Origin: Verrucomicrobiota bacterium
GTDB taxonomy: Bacteria; Verrucomicrobiota; Verrucomicrobiia; Limisphaerales; AAA164-E04
Direction: 5' to 3'
Assembly: GCA_047947115.1 (NCBI GenBank)
Contig: CP170459.1
Span: forward strand, 2,176,001-2,240,000
Length of the DNA: 64,000 bases
Shown: positions 1 through 10,800 of the stretch, in pieces
How the letters are laid out: each line of letters opens with the position of its first letter
How positions within the stretch are numbered: the first letter of the stretch is position 1
The notes under the pieces: model-generated
The model's database searches: none
What the model was told of the DNA's origin: nothing
What the model saw: the letters and a program-made list of their open reading frames with translations, nothing else
Position numbers and translations under genes: made by a program

Positions 1-2
1 TC

Positions 3-1409
3 CTCACCTACAACAGGCTCAGGGGGCAGGATAATCTGTCTGCGGGCATGCTTTTGGCCCTGCCTGACCCGACTCCGGATCAGGTCATGGAATTGTTTCA
101 TTTGCTTTATACGTCCCGCCGTGTCGAAGACTTTGAACGTGCCTACGCATTGCATGCGGGCCGCCTGCCTGCCGACCTCAGATCCCAGGCCGATCTTTAC
201 CAGACGGCTGTTCAGGCTCTCCAAACTCAAAGTGAGGAAAACGCGGTTGCAATGATTGATCGAATGAGAGCGGGTTCTAACTCTGCATTGGAGCGTCAAA
301 TGCGTCTTGATGTGTATGGTCACCTGGAGGCTGTTGATTTGTTCAAGGAAGTATTTCAGGAAATTCAAAAAAACGAGGAAGACCAACCGGAACAGCACGC
401 CTTATACTGGAAACTGCTCTCCAGTTCCGGACAGTTAATCAATGCCCGAAAACTGGCGGCGCAGTATTGGCCGCAGGTCATTCAGCACCGGTTTATTCGA
501 TTGGAGCCTGTGGTTCAGTTGGCCAAGGCTTATTTGGATCTGGGATTGTCCGATCGGTCATGGGAGGTTTTTCAATTGGTTGAACCCACCTTTGGGGACA
601 ACCCTCGTTACTGGATGGAATTTGGCGATTTGTTGATTGAGGCTCAACAGTGGCAGGACGTCATCAGTCACGCGGTGAAGTTGAGGACTCAAAGGGGCGG
701 CATAGCGGACACCAAAGTTTACGCTTTTTTCATTGAGGGTTTGGCGTTGGGTAAACAGAAGATGACCATGCCTGCCACGACCGCGTTTAAACGTTTGATC
801 GAGGAGTCCCCCCTGAAGAACGCAACGATGGTGACGAGAATGGCTCAGGGCATGGTGGAAGTGGGGCACGGAGATCTGGCCTTGGAGTTTTTGGCCTTGC
901 ACGACGCTATGATAGAAGACCGTCCGGTGTTTTTTGACCTGATGTTCCAGGCCGCCAAATTGGCTGGAAATCCTGCCGCGTTGTCTGCTGCCATGAAATC
1001 ATTGGAGGAAGCAAGCGCCCCCGCCCCCGTGACCGCCAAGCGTCGACTGGAAAAGGCGGTGTTGATGCTTGATGACACGGAACAGCCGTTGGGGACTTTT
1101 CTTCAGGTGAGATCCGCAAGCGATTGGTCTGATTCCGAAAGGCTGTTGGTTGCCAGCGCGCGGTGGTTACAGGGTGATGTGTCCGGATTGGAAGCTCAGT
1201 TGAACAGCATCGAATCCGAGTCGCTTGCATCCCATGAAAAAGCGTTGATGACTTTGATACAGTTTGACCGACTCATCCAACTTGGACGATTGGAAGAGGC
1301 GCGCAGCCTTCTTATTTTGATGGAAGAGGATCGTTTATTTCCCGGCTATGAAGCTAAACTGGAAAGTTTAAAAATACAGTTGAACACATCCCCTCAGGAA
1401 AGCCCATAG
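3..1409 (+). CDS. TPR-like alpha-helical repeat protein, 5'-truncated by the window edge
   Basis: The frame is open from base 3 through the ATG at 48 to the stop at 1409. The protein is Leu/Ala-rich with helical-repeat character and resembles the next gene. Confidence 0.7.
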   Translation, partial: LTYNRLRGQDNLSAGMLLALPDPTPDQVMELFHLLYTSRRVEDFERAYALHAGRLPADLRSQADLYQTAVQALQTQSEENAVAMIDRMRAGSNSALERQMRLDVYGHLEAVDLFKEVFQEIQKNEEDQPEQHALYWKLLSSSGQLINARKLAAQYWPQVIQHRFIRLEPVVQLAKAYLDLGLSDRSWEVFQLVEPTFGDNPRYWMEFGDLLIEAQQWQDVISHAVKLRTQRGGIADTKVYAFFIEGLALGKQKMTMPATTAFKRLIEESPLKNATMVTRMAQGMVEVGHGDLALEFLALHDAMIEDRPVFFDLMFQAAKLAGNPAALSAAMKSLEEASAPAPVTAKRRLEKAVLMLDDTEQPLGTFLQVRSASDWSDSERLLVASARWLQGDVSGLEAQLNSIESESLASHEKALMTLIQFDRLIQLGRLEEARSLLILMEEDRLFPGYEAKLESLKIQLNTSPQESP

Positions 1410-1458
1410 CGACATTTTTTGCCTGCATTTGTACGGTGAGTGGATCCCCGCAAATGTT

Positions 1459-3291
1459 ATGGCAACTCAAAATAGATCAAATAAAAGGCCCCGACAGGAT
1501 CTGTCGGGGCAAAAGAACAGGGGGTTCCGGTTGTCCGGAGTCGGAATCATATTGGCGTGCTTGTGCGCTGCTATGGGGACTTTCAAAGTCTTCAAAGTAT
1601 CCCCTGAAAATACCTCGCGGGACGTGCGGGTGAGTGGCGTGGACTGTGTCCAGTCATGGTTGGCAAAGCGGCAGGCCAGAATTCATGAAGAAGCGGGCTG
1701 GTATCCTTTGGCACTGCTTGCGTGGAAATCGTGTATCTCGGATCACCCCTATCATGAATCAAACCTCATACAGGCATTGCGCGCTTATGTGCAGCTTGAG
1801 CATCCGAACCGGCACCATGTCCTTGATGTGGTGGATTATGGTCGACAGTTGTCGGAAATGATGACAGGGGAATCCCTTGATCGCATGTTTGCTCCATTGG
1901 TTCTCGTTTGGATGGGGGCTGTCACAGAAGCTGTCGATCTGGTCCTTTCCGGGCAGCCGCCCCAAAACCTGAAGCACCTGGGGGTATTGGCAGCCATCAT
2001 TCTCCTGGGCAACCGGGAGTTGCCCGACATCTGGATGAATGCTTTGAGGGATGCGCATGCGGAGGGTGATGCTTCTGCGGGTGTGCTGGGGCAATATGCC
2101 ATTGCGTTGCGTCGCGGAAATTGGAGCGATGTTTCGAGTGGCAGCATTTTGCCTGATTTCTCGTTGACGGGAATGAGTGGTGGCGAAGATCTTTTGCAGG
2201 TCCTGAAGGATAATCTTTGCTTTTGGGTGCTTTCGCAGTCTGGAACCGCCGAGGAATTGCGGCATTGGATGTCTGAATATCAGTGGTCGGGCCCCATACG
2301 TAACTGGCATCGTTTGATCTATTGGAGGAAGCAAATCGAAGCAGGTAATGAGCATCTTGTTTGGAGTGAGATCAAAGGAGGCAACCATCTGGAATGGCTC
2401 AATGTGGACCAGTTGATCGAGTGGGGAATTCTTTATCAACGATCGGATCAATCAGCCTCGTTGATTCCAAAGATCCATTCCTTGCTGAAAATGTTTCCAT
2501 CCTCACCTGACTTGCTATTCTACTATGCCTCGCTTCTTGGGCAGCATGAACGATGGGGGGACTTGCAGGCCCTTGCTGTCCGGATGCGCAGCAGGTCACT
2601 GGTTTCTAACATGGAAGGATTGTCCTTTTTCTTTGAAGCAGAGGCCTGGCGAGGGCAAAGAAATCCGCAGGCGGCTAAGGAGAGTTACCACAAATGGCTG
2701 GCCGCGCCTGTTCGGTTGCCCCGCCTTGAATGGCAGGCCGCACGAAAGATCAGGGAGGCAGGTTTGAAATATATGGCGTTGCGTCGGTTCAGGGCCTTGG
2801 AACCTTTTTATGAAGATAGTGTTTCTTTTTGGGAGGAGGTTTTTGATTTTGGAAGTGAGATGCAATGGGAGCGCTATCAATTGGATGCCTGCCGGCACTT
2901 GTGTGCGTTGCTTCCTGATTCAAAGCAATACGCGCACCATCTTGCTTCTCTTTTGCTTGCCTTGCGAAGGGATCCAGCGCTGGCCATTGCGTTGACAGGT
3001 TCCTTGATCCAGCGGTTTCCTCAGGATCGCGATCTTGCCGTGACGCATATCCATGCCCTGCTTCAAAACAACCGACTCAGGGAAACCGGCAGGGCTCTTG
3101 CCTCTTTTCATCCTGATGCTATCCCGGATCGAATCAAGGAAACCTATCAACTGGCCCGGTTTGAGACGTTTTGCCGTGAATTGAGAGTGGAGGATGCCTG
3201 TTCAATCGCCGAGATGATTCGTCCCGAAAAACTGTTTGTCCATCAGCAGATTTGGCTGGAAGAACAGGTGCAGAAATTGAAATGCCCGTGA
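1459..3291 (+). CDS. TPR-like helical repeat protein with N-terminal membrane anchor
   Basis: ORF 1429..3291, likely ATG at 1459. Basic N-terminus followed by hydrophobic GVGIILACLCAAMG, then TPR-like helices. Confidence 0.7.
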   Translation: MATQNRSNKRPRQDLSGQKNRGFRLSGVGIILACLCAAMGTFKVFKVSPENTSRDVRVSGVDCVQSWLAKRQARIHEEAGWYPLALLAWKSCISDHPYHESNLIQALRAYVQLEHPNRHHVLDVVDYGRQLSEMMTGESLDRMFAPLVLVWMGAVTEAVDLVLSGQPPQNLKHLGVLAAIILLGNRELPDIWMNALRDAHAEGDASAGVLGQYAIALRRGNWSDVSSGSILPDFSLTGMSGGEDLLQVLKDNLCFWVLSQSGTAEELRHWMSEYQWSGPIRNWHRLIYWRKQIEAGNEHLVWSEIKGGNHLEWLNVDQLIEWGILYQRSDQSASLIPKIHSLLKMFPSSPDLLFYYASLLGQHERWGDLQALAVRMRSRSLVSNMEGLSFFFEAEAWRGQRNPQAAKESYHKWLAAPVRLPRLEWQAARKIREAGLKYMALRRFRALEPFYEDSVSFWEEVFDFGSEMQWERYQLDACRHLCALLPDSKQYAHHLASLLLALRRDPALAIALTGSLIQRFPQDRDLAVTHIHALLQNNRLRETGRALASFHPDAIPDRIKETYQLARFETFCRELRVEDACSIAEMIRPEKLFVHQQIWLEEQVQKLKCP

Positions 3292-3298
3292 TGCCAGC

Positions 3299-3601
3299 CT
3301 AAAGGACAACTTCAAATCCCTCAAACCTCGGGTGTGATAAGTGCATGCCTTCAGGTGATCGAGCCTGACTGTGGGCTTTGCGGAAAGCGTCGGATTCGGT
3401 CCAATCTACGAACACCTGACGAGAGGCCCACACGGAATGGGACACATAGGTCGTGTGGGTGTCCTCTTTCGCGCCTTTGAGCAGGTGGAATTCTTTAAAT
3501 CCGGGAACTTCATCCAGATAGGATTCCCGATTGCGCCACATTTCCTCAAAAGCGGATTCGAAGCCCGGGGCGATTTGAAAGCGATTCATTGCGATATACA
3601 T
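3299..3601 (-). CDS. Antibiotic biosynthesis monooxygenase (ABM) family, IsdG/HmoA-like
   Basis: MYIAMNRF...FEEMWRNRESYL..VPGF..FHLLKG...W.S...F..W..S.AFRKAH matches the ABM/heme-degrading monooxygenase pattern. Confidence 0.85.
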   Translation of the reverse strand: MYIAMNRFQIAPGFESAFEEMWRNRESYLDEVPGFKEFHLLKGAKEDTHTTYVSHSVWASRQVFVDWTESDAFRKAHSQARSPEGMHLSHPRFEGFEVVL

Positions 3602-3693
3602 CCCACAGCGTTCGCACATCCGGTTCGGCTTGTAAAGGTCGGATGCTGTTGTTTTTTCTTTCGTGAACGGATGGATCGGGGTTCAATTTCCCC

Positions 3694-4014
3694 ATGCCCT
3701 TTTATCGACATGAGGATCTGGAAGCGAAACAGCTGATTCCAGGGTTTGAAGTCCGCTTTGTGCACGGGGATTCGATGACCCTGGCTTATTGGAATATTGA
3801 TGCAAGCGCAAAACTTCCCGAGCATTCCCATCCGCACGAGCAGATATGTAACGTTATCGAAGGCGAGTTTGAGTTGGTGATTGAGGGAAAAGCCACCACC
3901 CTGCGTGCGGGCGACGTGGGGGTGATTCCTCCTTATGCCGTTCATTCAGGCATCGCTTTGACGGATTGCCGGGTGATGGATGCCTTTTCTCCCGTTCGTG
4001 AAGATTATCGTTGA
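3694..4014 (+). CDS. Cupin domain protein
   Basis: Cupin motifs PEHSHPHEQ and GDVGVIPPYAVHS. Confidence 0.9.
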   Translation: MPFYRHEDLEAKQLIPGFEVRFVHGDSMTLAYWNIDASAKLPEHSHPHEQICNVIEGEFELVIEGKATTLRAGDVGVIPPYAVHSGIALTDCRVMDAFSPVREDYR

Positions 4015-4027
4015 TGAATGTTTAAAC

Positions 4028-5110
4028 ATGAAACCTTTGTCCTCTCCCACCAATCGTAGAACTTTTCTCAAGGAATCCGTCGCCTCGGCCGCAGTGGTCG
4101 GTTTGAAATCGGGTGGATTTGCTCAAGGCAACGCATCTCCCATAAAGGTGGGCCAGATCGGAACCTCCCATGCGCATGCCAGCGGCAAATGGCAGGCGAT
4201 GAAGCGTTGTGAGGATTTTGAAGTTGTCGGGTTGGCGGAGGTGAATGAAGAGCATGCCCATGCTGTCCGTGCTGCATCCAATGTATACGCCGATGCCCGA
4301 TGGATGTCGGTGGAATCCTTATTGGCGGTTCCGGATCTCCGCATGATTGCGGTGGAAACGCACGTTCGTGATTTGCTCGCCATCGCCACGCGTTGTCTGC
4401 AGGCAGGAAAACACATCCACCTGGACAAACCTGCAGGCAGTGATTTGGCGCTGTTTAAACGAGTGGTGGATTTGGCGCGTTCCCATCGTCTGTTGATTCA
4501 GATGGGATACATGTTCCGTTACAATCCCGCCTTTGAATTTTGCTTTCGAGCTGTTCGGGAAGGTTGGTTGGGGGATATTTTTGCGGTGGAAGCCGTGATG
4601 GGAAAGAAGTCCGGATCGGACGTTCGCAAGGAGCTTGCCGAGTTTGAGGGAGGCACCATGTTTGAATTGGGATGCCATGTGATTGACGCGATTGTCTACA
4701 TGCTCGGTAAACCGGACCAGGTCCATGCATTCAATCGCAAATCGATTGCCGGAGATCCACTTGTGGACAATCAACTCGCGGTGTTGGAATACCCGCATGT
4801 CGCGGTCACGGTTCGCAGCGCACTGATTGAAGTGGACGGCTTTGCCCGGCGTCAGCTGGTGGTGTGCGGCAACAAGGGAACCTTGGAAATTCGTCCGCTT
4901 GAACCACCATCCGTTCGCCTGACCTTGGAGGAATCTGTCGGCGGATACAAAAAGGGAGCTCAAAAGGTGGTGTTTCCCGGTAATGGGCGCTATGACAAAG
5001 ACTTTGAGGATATTGCCCGGGTGATGCGCGGACAACGTTCCTTTCAATTTTCCTATGAACATGATCTGGCAGTGCAGGAAACCGTGCTTCGAGCAAGCGG
5101 CATGATGTGA
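4028..5110 (+). CDS. Gfo/Idh/MocA family oxidoreductase with Tat signal
   Basis: NRRTFLK twin-arginine signal, Rossmann-like GQIGTSH, AGKHIHLDKP, GYMFRYNP, ELGCHVID. Confidence 0.9.
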   Translation: MKPLSSPTNRRTFLKESVASAAVVGLKSGGFAQGNASPIKVGQIGTSHAHASGKWQAMKRCEDFEVVGLAEVNEEHAHAVRAASNVYADARWMSVESLLAVPDLRMIAVETHVRDLLAIATRCLQAGKHIHLDKPAGSDLALFKRVVDLARSHRLLIQMGYMFRYNPAFEFCFRAVREGWLGDIFAVEAVMGKKSGSDVRKELAEFEGGTMFELGCHVIDAIVYMLGKPDQVHAFNRKSIAGDPLVDNQLAVLEYPHVAVTVRSALIEVDGFARRQLVVCGNKGTLEIRPLEPPSVRLTLEESVGGYKKGAQKVVFPGNGRYDKDFEDIARVMRGQRSFQFSYEHDLAVQETVLRASGMM

Positions 5111-5244
5111 CAATGAAGTAATTGGTCGGCTATAATTTTGCGTTTCCTTCATGGAATTTCCCCGTCAATGAGGCATGTTACCATTGGGGATAAATAAAAG
5201 AGCTGGATTGGAGGGGCAATGCCAGCGAAATGAAAGGATCGGTT

Positions 5245-5529
5245 ATGCTTGCCAAATATCATATCGAATACACGGTGAGGTTGGGAAAACGTGATCAGAT
5301 GCACCACCTCAAAACGGACGATCCGGTTGCATGCGAGGAGTATTTGACGGAACTGCTCGACCGGGGATTTCACATCAAGCAAATCCTGCATGAAGGTGTG
5401 GCGCTTTCTCCGATTGATTCGGACAGAATGATCAAGACGGCGGCGGGATTGTTGGCGGCCCGGAAAATCTGTCAGTGCCTGAATATTAAACCAGAAGAGG
5501 AAAAATACCGCTTCGGTTTTTCTGCCTGA
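5245..5529 (+). CDS. Hypothetical protein (~94 aa)
   Basis: ORF 5230..5529 with protein-like composition and a probable ATG at 5245. It fills the gap between genes. Confidence 0.65.
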   Translation: MLAKYHIEYTVRLGKRDQMHHLKTDDPVACEEYLTELLDRGFHIKQILHEGVALSPIDSDRMIKTAAGLLAARKICQCLNIKPEEEKYRFGFSA

Positions 5530-5798
5530 CCGGGTTCTTGTGAACTCGTGCTGCTGACGCTGTTGCGGATTGCTGCAACCATGCGGGCACATCGTCTTGT
5601 GAATGAGGGAGGTGTTCGTGGTTCGCGGACTGCGGGGAGACTGGGAACAGTGAAATGATTGATGCGCTTCCATTGCAGCCTGAAAATGGCTCCAATGCTC
5701 TATGGTTTGAAGTGGGAGTAAGGCGGCACATCCTCCTCCGATAATGGGTTTCCATTTTTTGAGCTGCGTCCTTGCGGAACGGGCCTTTGATTGAGGGC

Positions 5799-5828
5799 TT
5801 GCCTTTCCTGACTGAAAAATGATTAAAT
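5799..5828 (+). promoter_or_regulatory. Possible sigma70-type promoter of efp
   Basis: TTGCCT-N18-TTAAAT about 70 bp upstream of the efp ATG. The match to consensus is weak. Confidence 0.3.
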
Positions 5829-5895
5829 CTCCGCCTTTCTCACGAAAAACAAGTTCGGGAGAAGTGAAGGCAGCAATCATTTTGGATTTATATTT

Positions 5896-6453
5896 ATGGC
5901 CACAGCAAACGATTTGAGAAAAGGGATGGCGATCAACTACAACGGTGATGTCAGCGTCATCCTTGACATGCAACATCGCACCCCCGGTAATCTCCGGGCT
6001 TTTGTGCAGGTGATCATGCGCAGCATCCGTTCGGGTAAATCATCCGATGTCCGTTTCAGTTCCACTGAAAAAGTTGAAATTGTTCCATTGTTCACCAAAA
6101 AGATGGAGTTCAGTTACATGGATCGGGAAGATTTTGTGTTCTGCGATCCTGAAACTTATGAGATGGTGACCATCACCCCTGATATTGTTGGGGATGCCAA
6201 GAATTACTTGACCGAAAATGGCGAAATCACCGTCACCTTCATCGAAGAACGGGCGGTGATGATTGAAATTCCGCCAAGTGTGACCTTGACCGTTTCCGAA
6301 GCCCCGGAAGGCATTAAAGGTGACTCGGCGAATAATGTACAAAAGCCGGTCACACTCGAAACAGGTATCAGCATTCAGGCTCCTTTGTTCATCAAAACGG
6401 GTGAGAAGATCCGTGTGGACACCCGAACAGGTAAATACATGGAGCGCGCCTGA
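5896..6453 (+). CDS. efp: Elongation factor P
   Basis: ANDLRKGMAI, HRTPGN, PEGIKGDSA, KPVTLETG, PLFIKTGEKIRVDTRTGKYMERA. Confidence 0.97.
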   Translation: MATANDLRKGMAINYNGDVSVILDMQHRTPGNLRAFVQVIMRSIRSGKSSDVRFSSTEKVEIVPLFTKKMEFSYMDREDFVFCDPETYEMVTITPDIVGDAKNYLTENGEITVTFIEERAVMIEIPPSVTLTVSEAPEGIKGDSANNVQKPVTLETGISIQAPLFIKTGEKIRVDTRTGKYMERA

Positions 6454-6474
6454 TCCAGTTGTTTCGCTTTAATC

Positions 6475-6507
6475 AAAAAGGGATCTCCACTTGGGAGATC
6501 CCTTTTT
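6475..6507. terminator. Bidirectional rho-independent terminator
   Basis: AAAAAGGGATCTCC-ACTTG-GGAGATCCCTTTTT between convergent efp and pfkB-family genes. Confidence 0.9.
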
Positions 6508-6618
6508 AGTTGAGTTTTAAAAGTCTCCCGGTATGGGAGTCATCGAGGTGGAGAGCGGTCCAAGGTGACGCACCAGGGACCTCATGTCCTGCTTCTGATG
6601 AAGCCCTCTTGTTTGATT

Positions 6619-7665
6619 TTAGTCCAGATTCAGCAGGTTGGGACGTGGTTTGTATTTCTTGCTCAATGCCAGGGCGGTTTCCAAATCTGGAATCCCCCCC
6701 GTGCAGGTAGGATCCGAAAGGGAGGCTGCTGCCGCGCACACTCCGACTTTGAGTGAGTGTTGGATTTCCCATCCTTCATGCAGGCCGTAGAGCATGCCCG
6801 AACAAAACGCATCTCCCGCTCCGGCGGACCCGGCAATGTATTTCTGCGGTAGTTTCAGCGAAGATTGCCAGAAATCGCGTCCATCCAATGTGCGGGCAAA
6901 AGCGCCTTCCGGGAAATGGATCACCACCAGCTCACGGATGCCGCATTGCAGCAAAGCGCCGGAGGCGTGCTTCAGCGCAACCGTGTCCAAATGGCCGTCA
7001 TCCGTGCGGATCTTGAATCCGGTGGTGCGTCCTGCTTCAAATTCATTGAGGATGCAATAATCGGTATATTTCAGCGCAGGCTGGACGATTTTGGCGAATC
7101 GATCGCTGTCTTCGCTGACCACGTCCACTGAGGTTTTCAATCCCGCTTTCTGGGCTTCGGCAAGCATGCGTGCGGCGCGTGTGCCGTAATGCTTGTCGGA
7201 ATCATCCATGGCGTCCAACAACAACAAATAGCCAAGGTGAAAAATGCTGGCGGTGGTTTTTTCAAAATCCAGTTCCTTTCCATCCCAGATCGCATTCGCC
7301 CCCCGATAATGAAAAAAGGTGCGTCGCCCGGTTTTCACTTCGGTCATGACATCCGTGTAGCTGGTATCCACTTCCTTCGTGGTCCGCAAATGTTTGGTCT
7401 GGATGTTATGGCGTTTGCAGTCGGCTAAAATGTAGTCTCCAAGGGCGTCCTTGCCAACGAGTCCGGCGGCTTGCAGGGGAAAGCCTGCTCCCAGTTTCGC
7501 GAGGTCGACGAGGATGTTGTAGGGAGAACCACCTGTTCCCTGTGATTGAGCGCTGATGTTGGCGAGAGATTCTCTTTGGGGGAACACATCGATCATCTTG
7601 ACCTGATCAATGATCCAGTTGCCTCCTGCGAGAATGCCCTTTCGTGTTTTCTTCCTGGCTGCCAT
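6619..7665 (-). CDS. PfkB family carbohydrate kinase
   Basis: GGSPYN, VGKDALGD, LNEFEA, and GAGDAFCSG signature. Confidence 0.92.
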   Translation of the reverse strand: MAARKKTRKGILAGGNWIIDQVKMIDVFPQRESLANISAQSQGTGGSPYNILVDLAKLGAGFPLQAAGLVGKDALGDYILADCKRHNIQTKHLRTTKEVDTSYTDVMTEVKTGRRTFFHYRGANAIWDGKELDFEKTTASIFHLGYLLLLDAMDDSDKHYGTRAARMLAEAQKAGLKTSVDVVSEDSDRFAKIVQPALKYTDYCILNEFEAGRTTGFKIRTDDGHLDTVALKHASGALLQCGIRELVVIHFPEGAFARTLDGRDFWQSSLKLPQKYIAGSAGAGDAFCSGMLYGLHEGWEIQHSLKVGVCAAAASLSDPTCTGGIPDLETALALSKKYKPRPNLLNLD

Positions 7666-7823
7666 GACTTGAGTGTCTATTCTATGATTGAACCCGGAGG
7701 GCCGGGGTGAACATGTCTATGGTCCATTCTCCCACGGCAATCTTCGGCTGCGTTGAATGGTATGCGCTCATTCACACTAGCTCCAGTCAAAAGAGAGGAG
7801 GATGAGATACCTTTTTTACATGC

Positions 7824-10800
7824 TTACTGGTTTCTCAAAGCGTCAAGGAAACGGCCGTTCAGTGCCGACTGGGCAGCAAGCCATGTCCAGACAAAGCCCG
7901 TTGTACAAATAACACCCAAGGTCGCCGCAAGGGATGCGTAAGGAATGTCTGCTCCGGGTGATTGGAGGCTGGGATAGACGGCCATCAATGCGCTGATGGT
8001 TCCAATCAACAGTCCGGCCATCAGTAAACCCACATGTTCGACCAGAACCAGCAACCGGATGCGATTCTTGGTGAACCCAACCGCTGCCAGCAATCCCAAC
8101 TCAGCCCGGCGATCCAATAAATTCCTCAGCACAACAGCCCCGAGTCCAAAACTTCCCAGAATCATTCCCAGACCTCCGAGTAACTGGAAAGTGGATAGAT
8201 AGGTGTTCTGCACAGCGTTGAAGGCTGACATGCGATCGATCGTATCGGTCAAGGTCAGTCCCTCGTCTTCCATCGCACGAGAAAGGTTTTTCGAAACGTC
8301 TTCCTTCTTTTCGGTCGGTGCATCCACAAGGAACACCTTGTATCCGGCCTCATTGGGAAACTGAGTGGTGAAGGCGGTTTCGGCGATGATGACGTTGCCT
8401 TGCAGTATGGAGTTGGCGATTCCGGCGACAAGACGCACTTTAAAAGTTTCGCCGTTTGTGTTCTGAAAGATCAGTATGTCTCCGACGCTCTTGCCCATGG
8501 CCCACATGATGGAGTTGAAATCGGCAATGCCGGGAATTGTGCCATCGGGTTCGTTCTTGGAAAGCAGGTCCCAGGCCGAGCCGTCTTCGGGAACCTTGGC
8601 CCAGGTTTGCGCGAAGGTGAATGCTTTGCGCGAGGCGAGTTCCTGCGGATTGACACCCAGTATTCTCGGACGTTGGGCACGATTCAGGTTCAGGCAACTG
8701 GCTTCTTCGCCGGCTCGTTGACGGAAGGAGACAAAGCGGACCCCTTCAAGATCTTCCGGGAAGAGATTATAGGATAAAGCGCCGTCTTCCGTGTTGAGAT
8801 CCTTGATGATAGGCTTGGAACTTTCGCCCCAGAATGCGAACCCGCCGGTTCCAGACGCCCGCTGGTCCGCATCCCGCAGGGCGTCCAGTTTGTTGGCTCC
8901 AACGGCGATGATTAGAAAGGATCCGCAGGCCAGCATGCTGACGGTGGCCAGGCTCCTCTTGCGGCGTCTGGAGGCATTGCGAAGCCCCCATTGAACCAGG
9001 CTGGGTGAGTGATCGCCTGATGCCGCCTGAAGTTTTCGCAGGTAGGCCGAGGCGAGCAGCAGTCCCGACACCAGCATCCATGCGCCGGCGCCGAAAAATG
9101 CCCCTGCCGCCTTGCTCGGGTCGCCCATGGCACCGAGCGCCGCTGCTCCGATCGCGCCCAGACCGCATGCTGATCCAATCAGAAACCATTTGGAAGATCC
9201 GCTGTTGCCCTTATCCAGCGTTTGCCCTTCCACCTGACTTTCGGTAAGCAGGACCTGAGCCGGTTTTTGGAGTTGTTTTCGCAGTCCAAACCAAAGAGTC
9301 AATCCGGCCACGGCAATGGAACCCACGAAACCTCCGGCCACGGTGGGAGGATTGAAGTGAAAGGTGAGGGAGGAAGTGCCGACGGCATCCCGCCAGATCG
9401 TGGAGAGGCCGTATAACATACCCTTGGCGTACAGCACGGCCAGGATCGCTCCCACGATGGTTCCCAGCAAACTCAACAGCACACCTTCTCTTAACAAGAA
9501 TTGCTTCAGCCGTTTGGGCGTCATGCCCAGTGCCATCAGGATGCCGGCCTCGCGTGTCCGTTGTTCAATGACGAATTGAAACAACAGGTTCATCAGGATC
9601 AATGCCGCAGTGATCAGGAAAAAACTGAACCCGATAAACAGTCCGCCGAAGTCCTGTGACTGTGAGACCGAAGCCCAGGCCTGTTGCTTGACGGGGATTG
9701 ACATGATGCCGATTTTGGCGGGGTCGAGGCGTTTCTGAATTTGCTGCGTGATCAGGTTGCGTTCTTCTTCTGTGGTCACGCCGGAGTACCTCACCGCCGT
9801 GAGGGAGCCGAATCGGTTCTTCCAGATTTCCTTGCCTCGGGCGAGGGTGATGAAGGCCTTGGGTGTTCCTTTGTGTTCTTCCCAGAAATCGTTATCCTTG
9901 GAACGTATCTTGTCCAAATCAATCGGGAAGCCCGTGTCCCAGTCCCGACAGTTGTCCGCGTCTTTCAAACCGGGAAAATCCGGCATGAATGTTGGATCGG
10001 CGTAGGGTTGTTCCAGTGGTACAATATCCCGAACAGTGAAACGCACCGAGGTTTCCTCGAGAGCACGTCCCAGACCGACGACGAAATAACTGAGATCAAT
10101 GCTGTCTCCCTGCTTGGCATCCAGGTCATCTGCGAGCCATTGGGTGATGACGATTTCGTCGTCTTTCATGTCGGTCGGGAGGAATCCGGACTCAGCGGCA
10201 GTCACCATCGAGAAGGGGGTTTCTCTGTCGCCCTTCTTGATTCCGTTCACGAAATAGGTCAGCAGTCCCTTGCCTTTTTCCGAAGCCTGGAGCGCTGAAT
10301 TCACGCTGACATCATTCATGAACACACGTTCGGAACGCAGTTCGTATCCAGTGCCTCCTGTGGCGTTCAGGTCCACCCAGTTCAATTGCGTGTCTTCCAA
10401 TGTCCAATGCTCCCTCAGTGTTTCCAGAGCGGCGGTACCGTCTGTGGGAGCGGTGGGTGTATCGGCGGACTGGGCGAGGAGCAGGAGATTGGCTTTACCG
10501 GGGGTTTCCAGTTCGGTTTGCAGAAACTCCAGATCGACAAATGCATTCCAGGGGGGGAGTTGGCTGGCGTGCAGGCTGAACCGGCCCATGGAGGCATCTT
10601 CGACAATGTGGGCAACGGTCAGGGTCAATGCCAGTGAGGTGTCCTCTTCCGGAGCCAGAGGGGCGTCGGGTGAAATGAGCGAAGGTTTTTGGACCCGCAG
10701 AATGATGTTGTCGCCCGGCTCGACTTTGAGTTGGCTGGCAAGTGCCCGACTCAAGGTGACCTCTTCTTTTCCAGGATGGGCATCCGGTGTCGGTTTCAGT

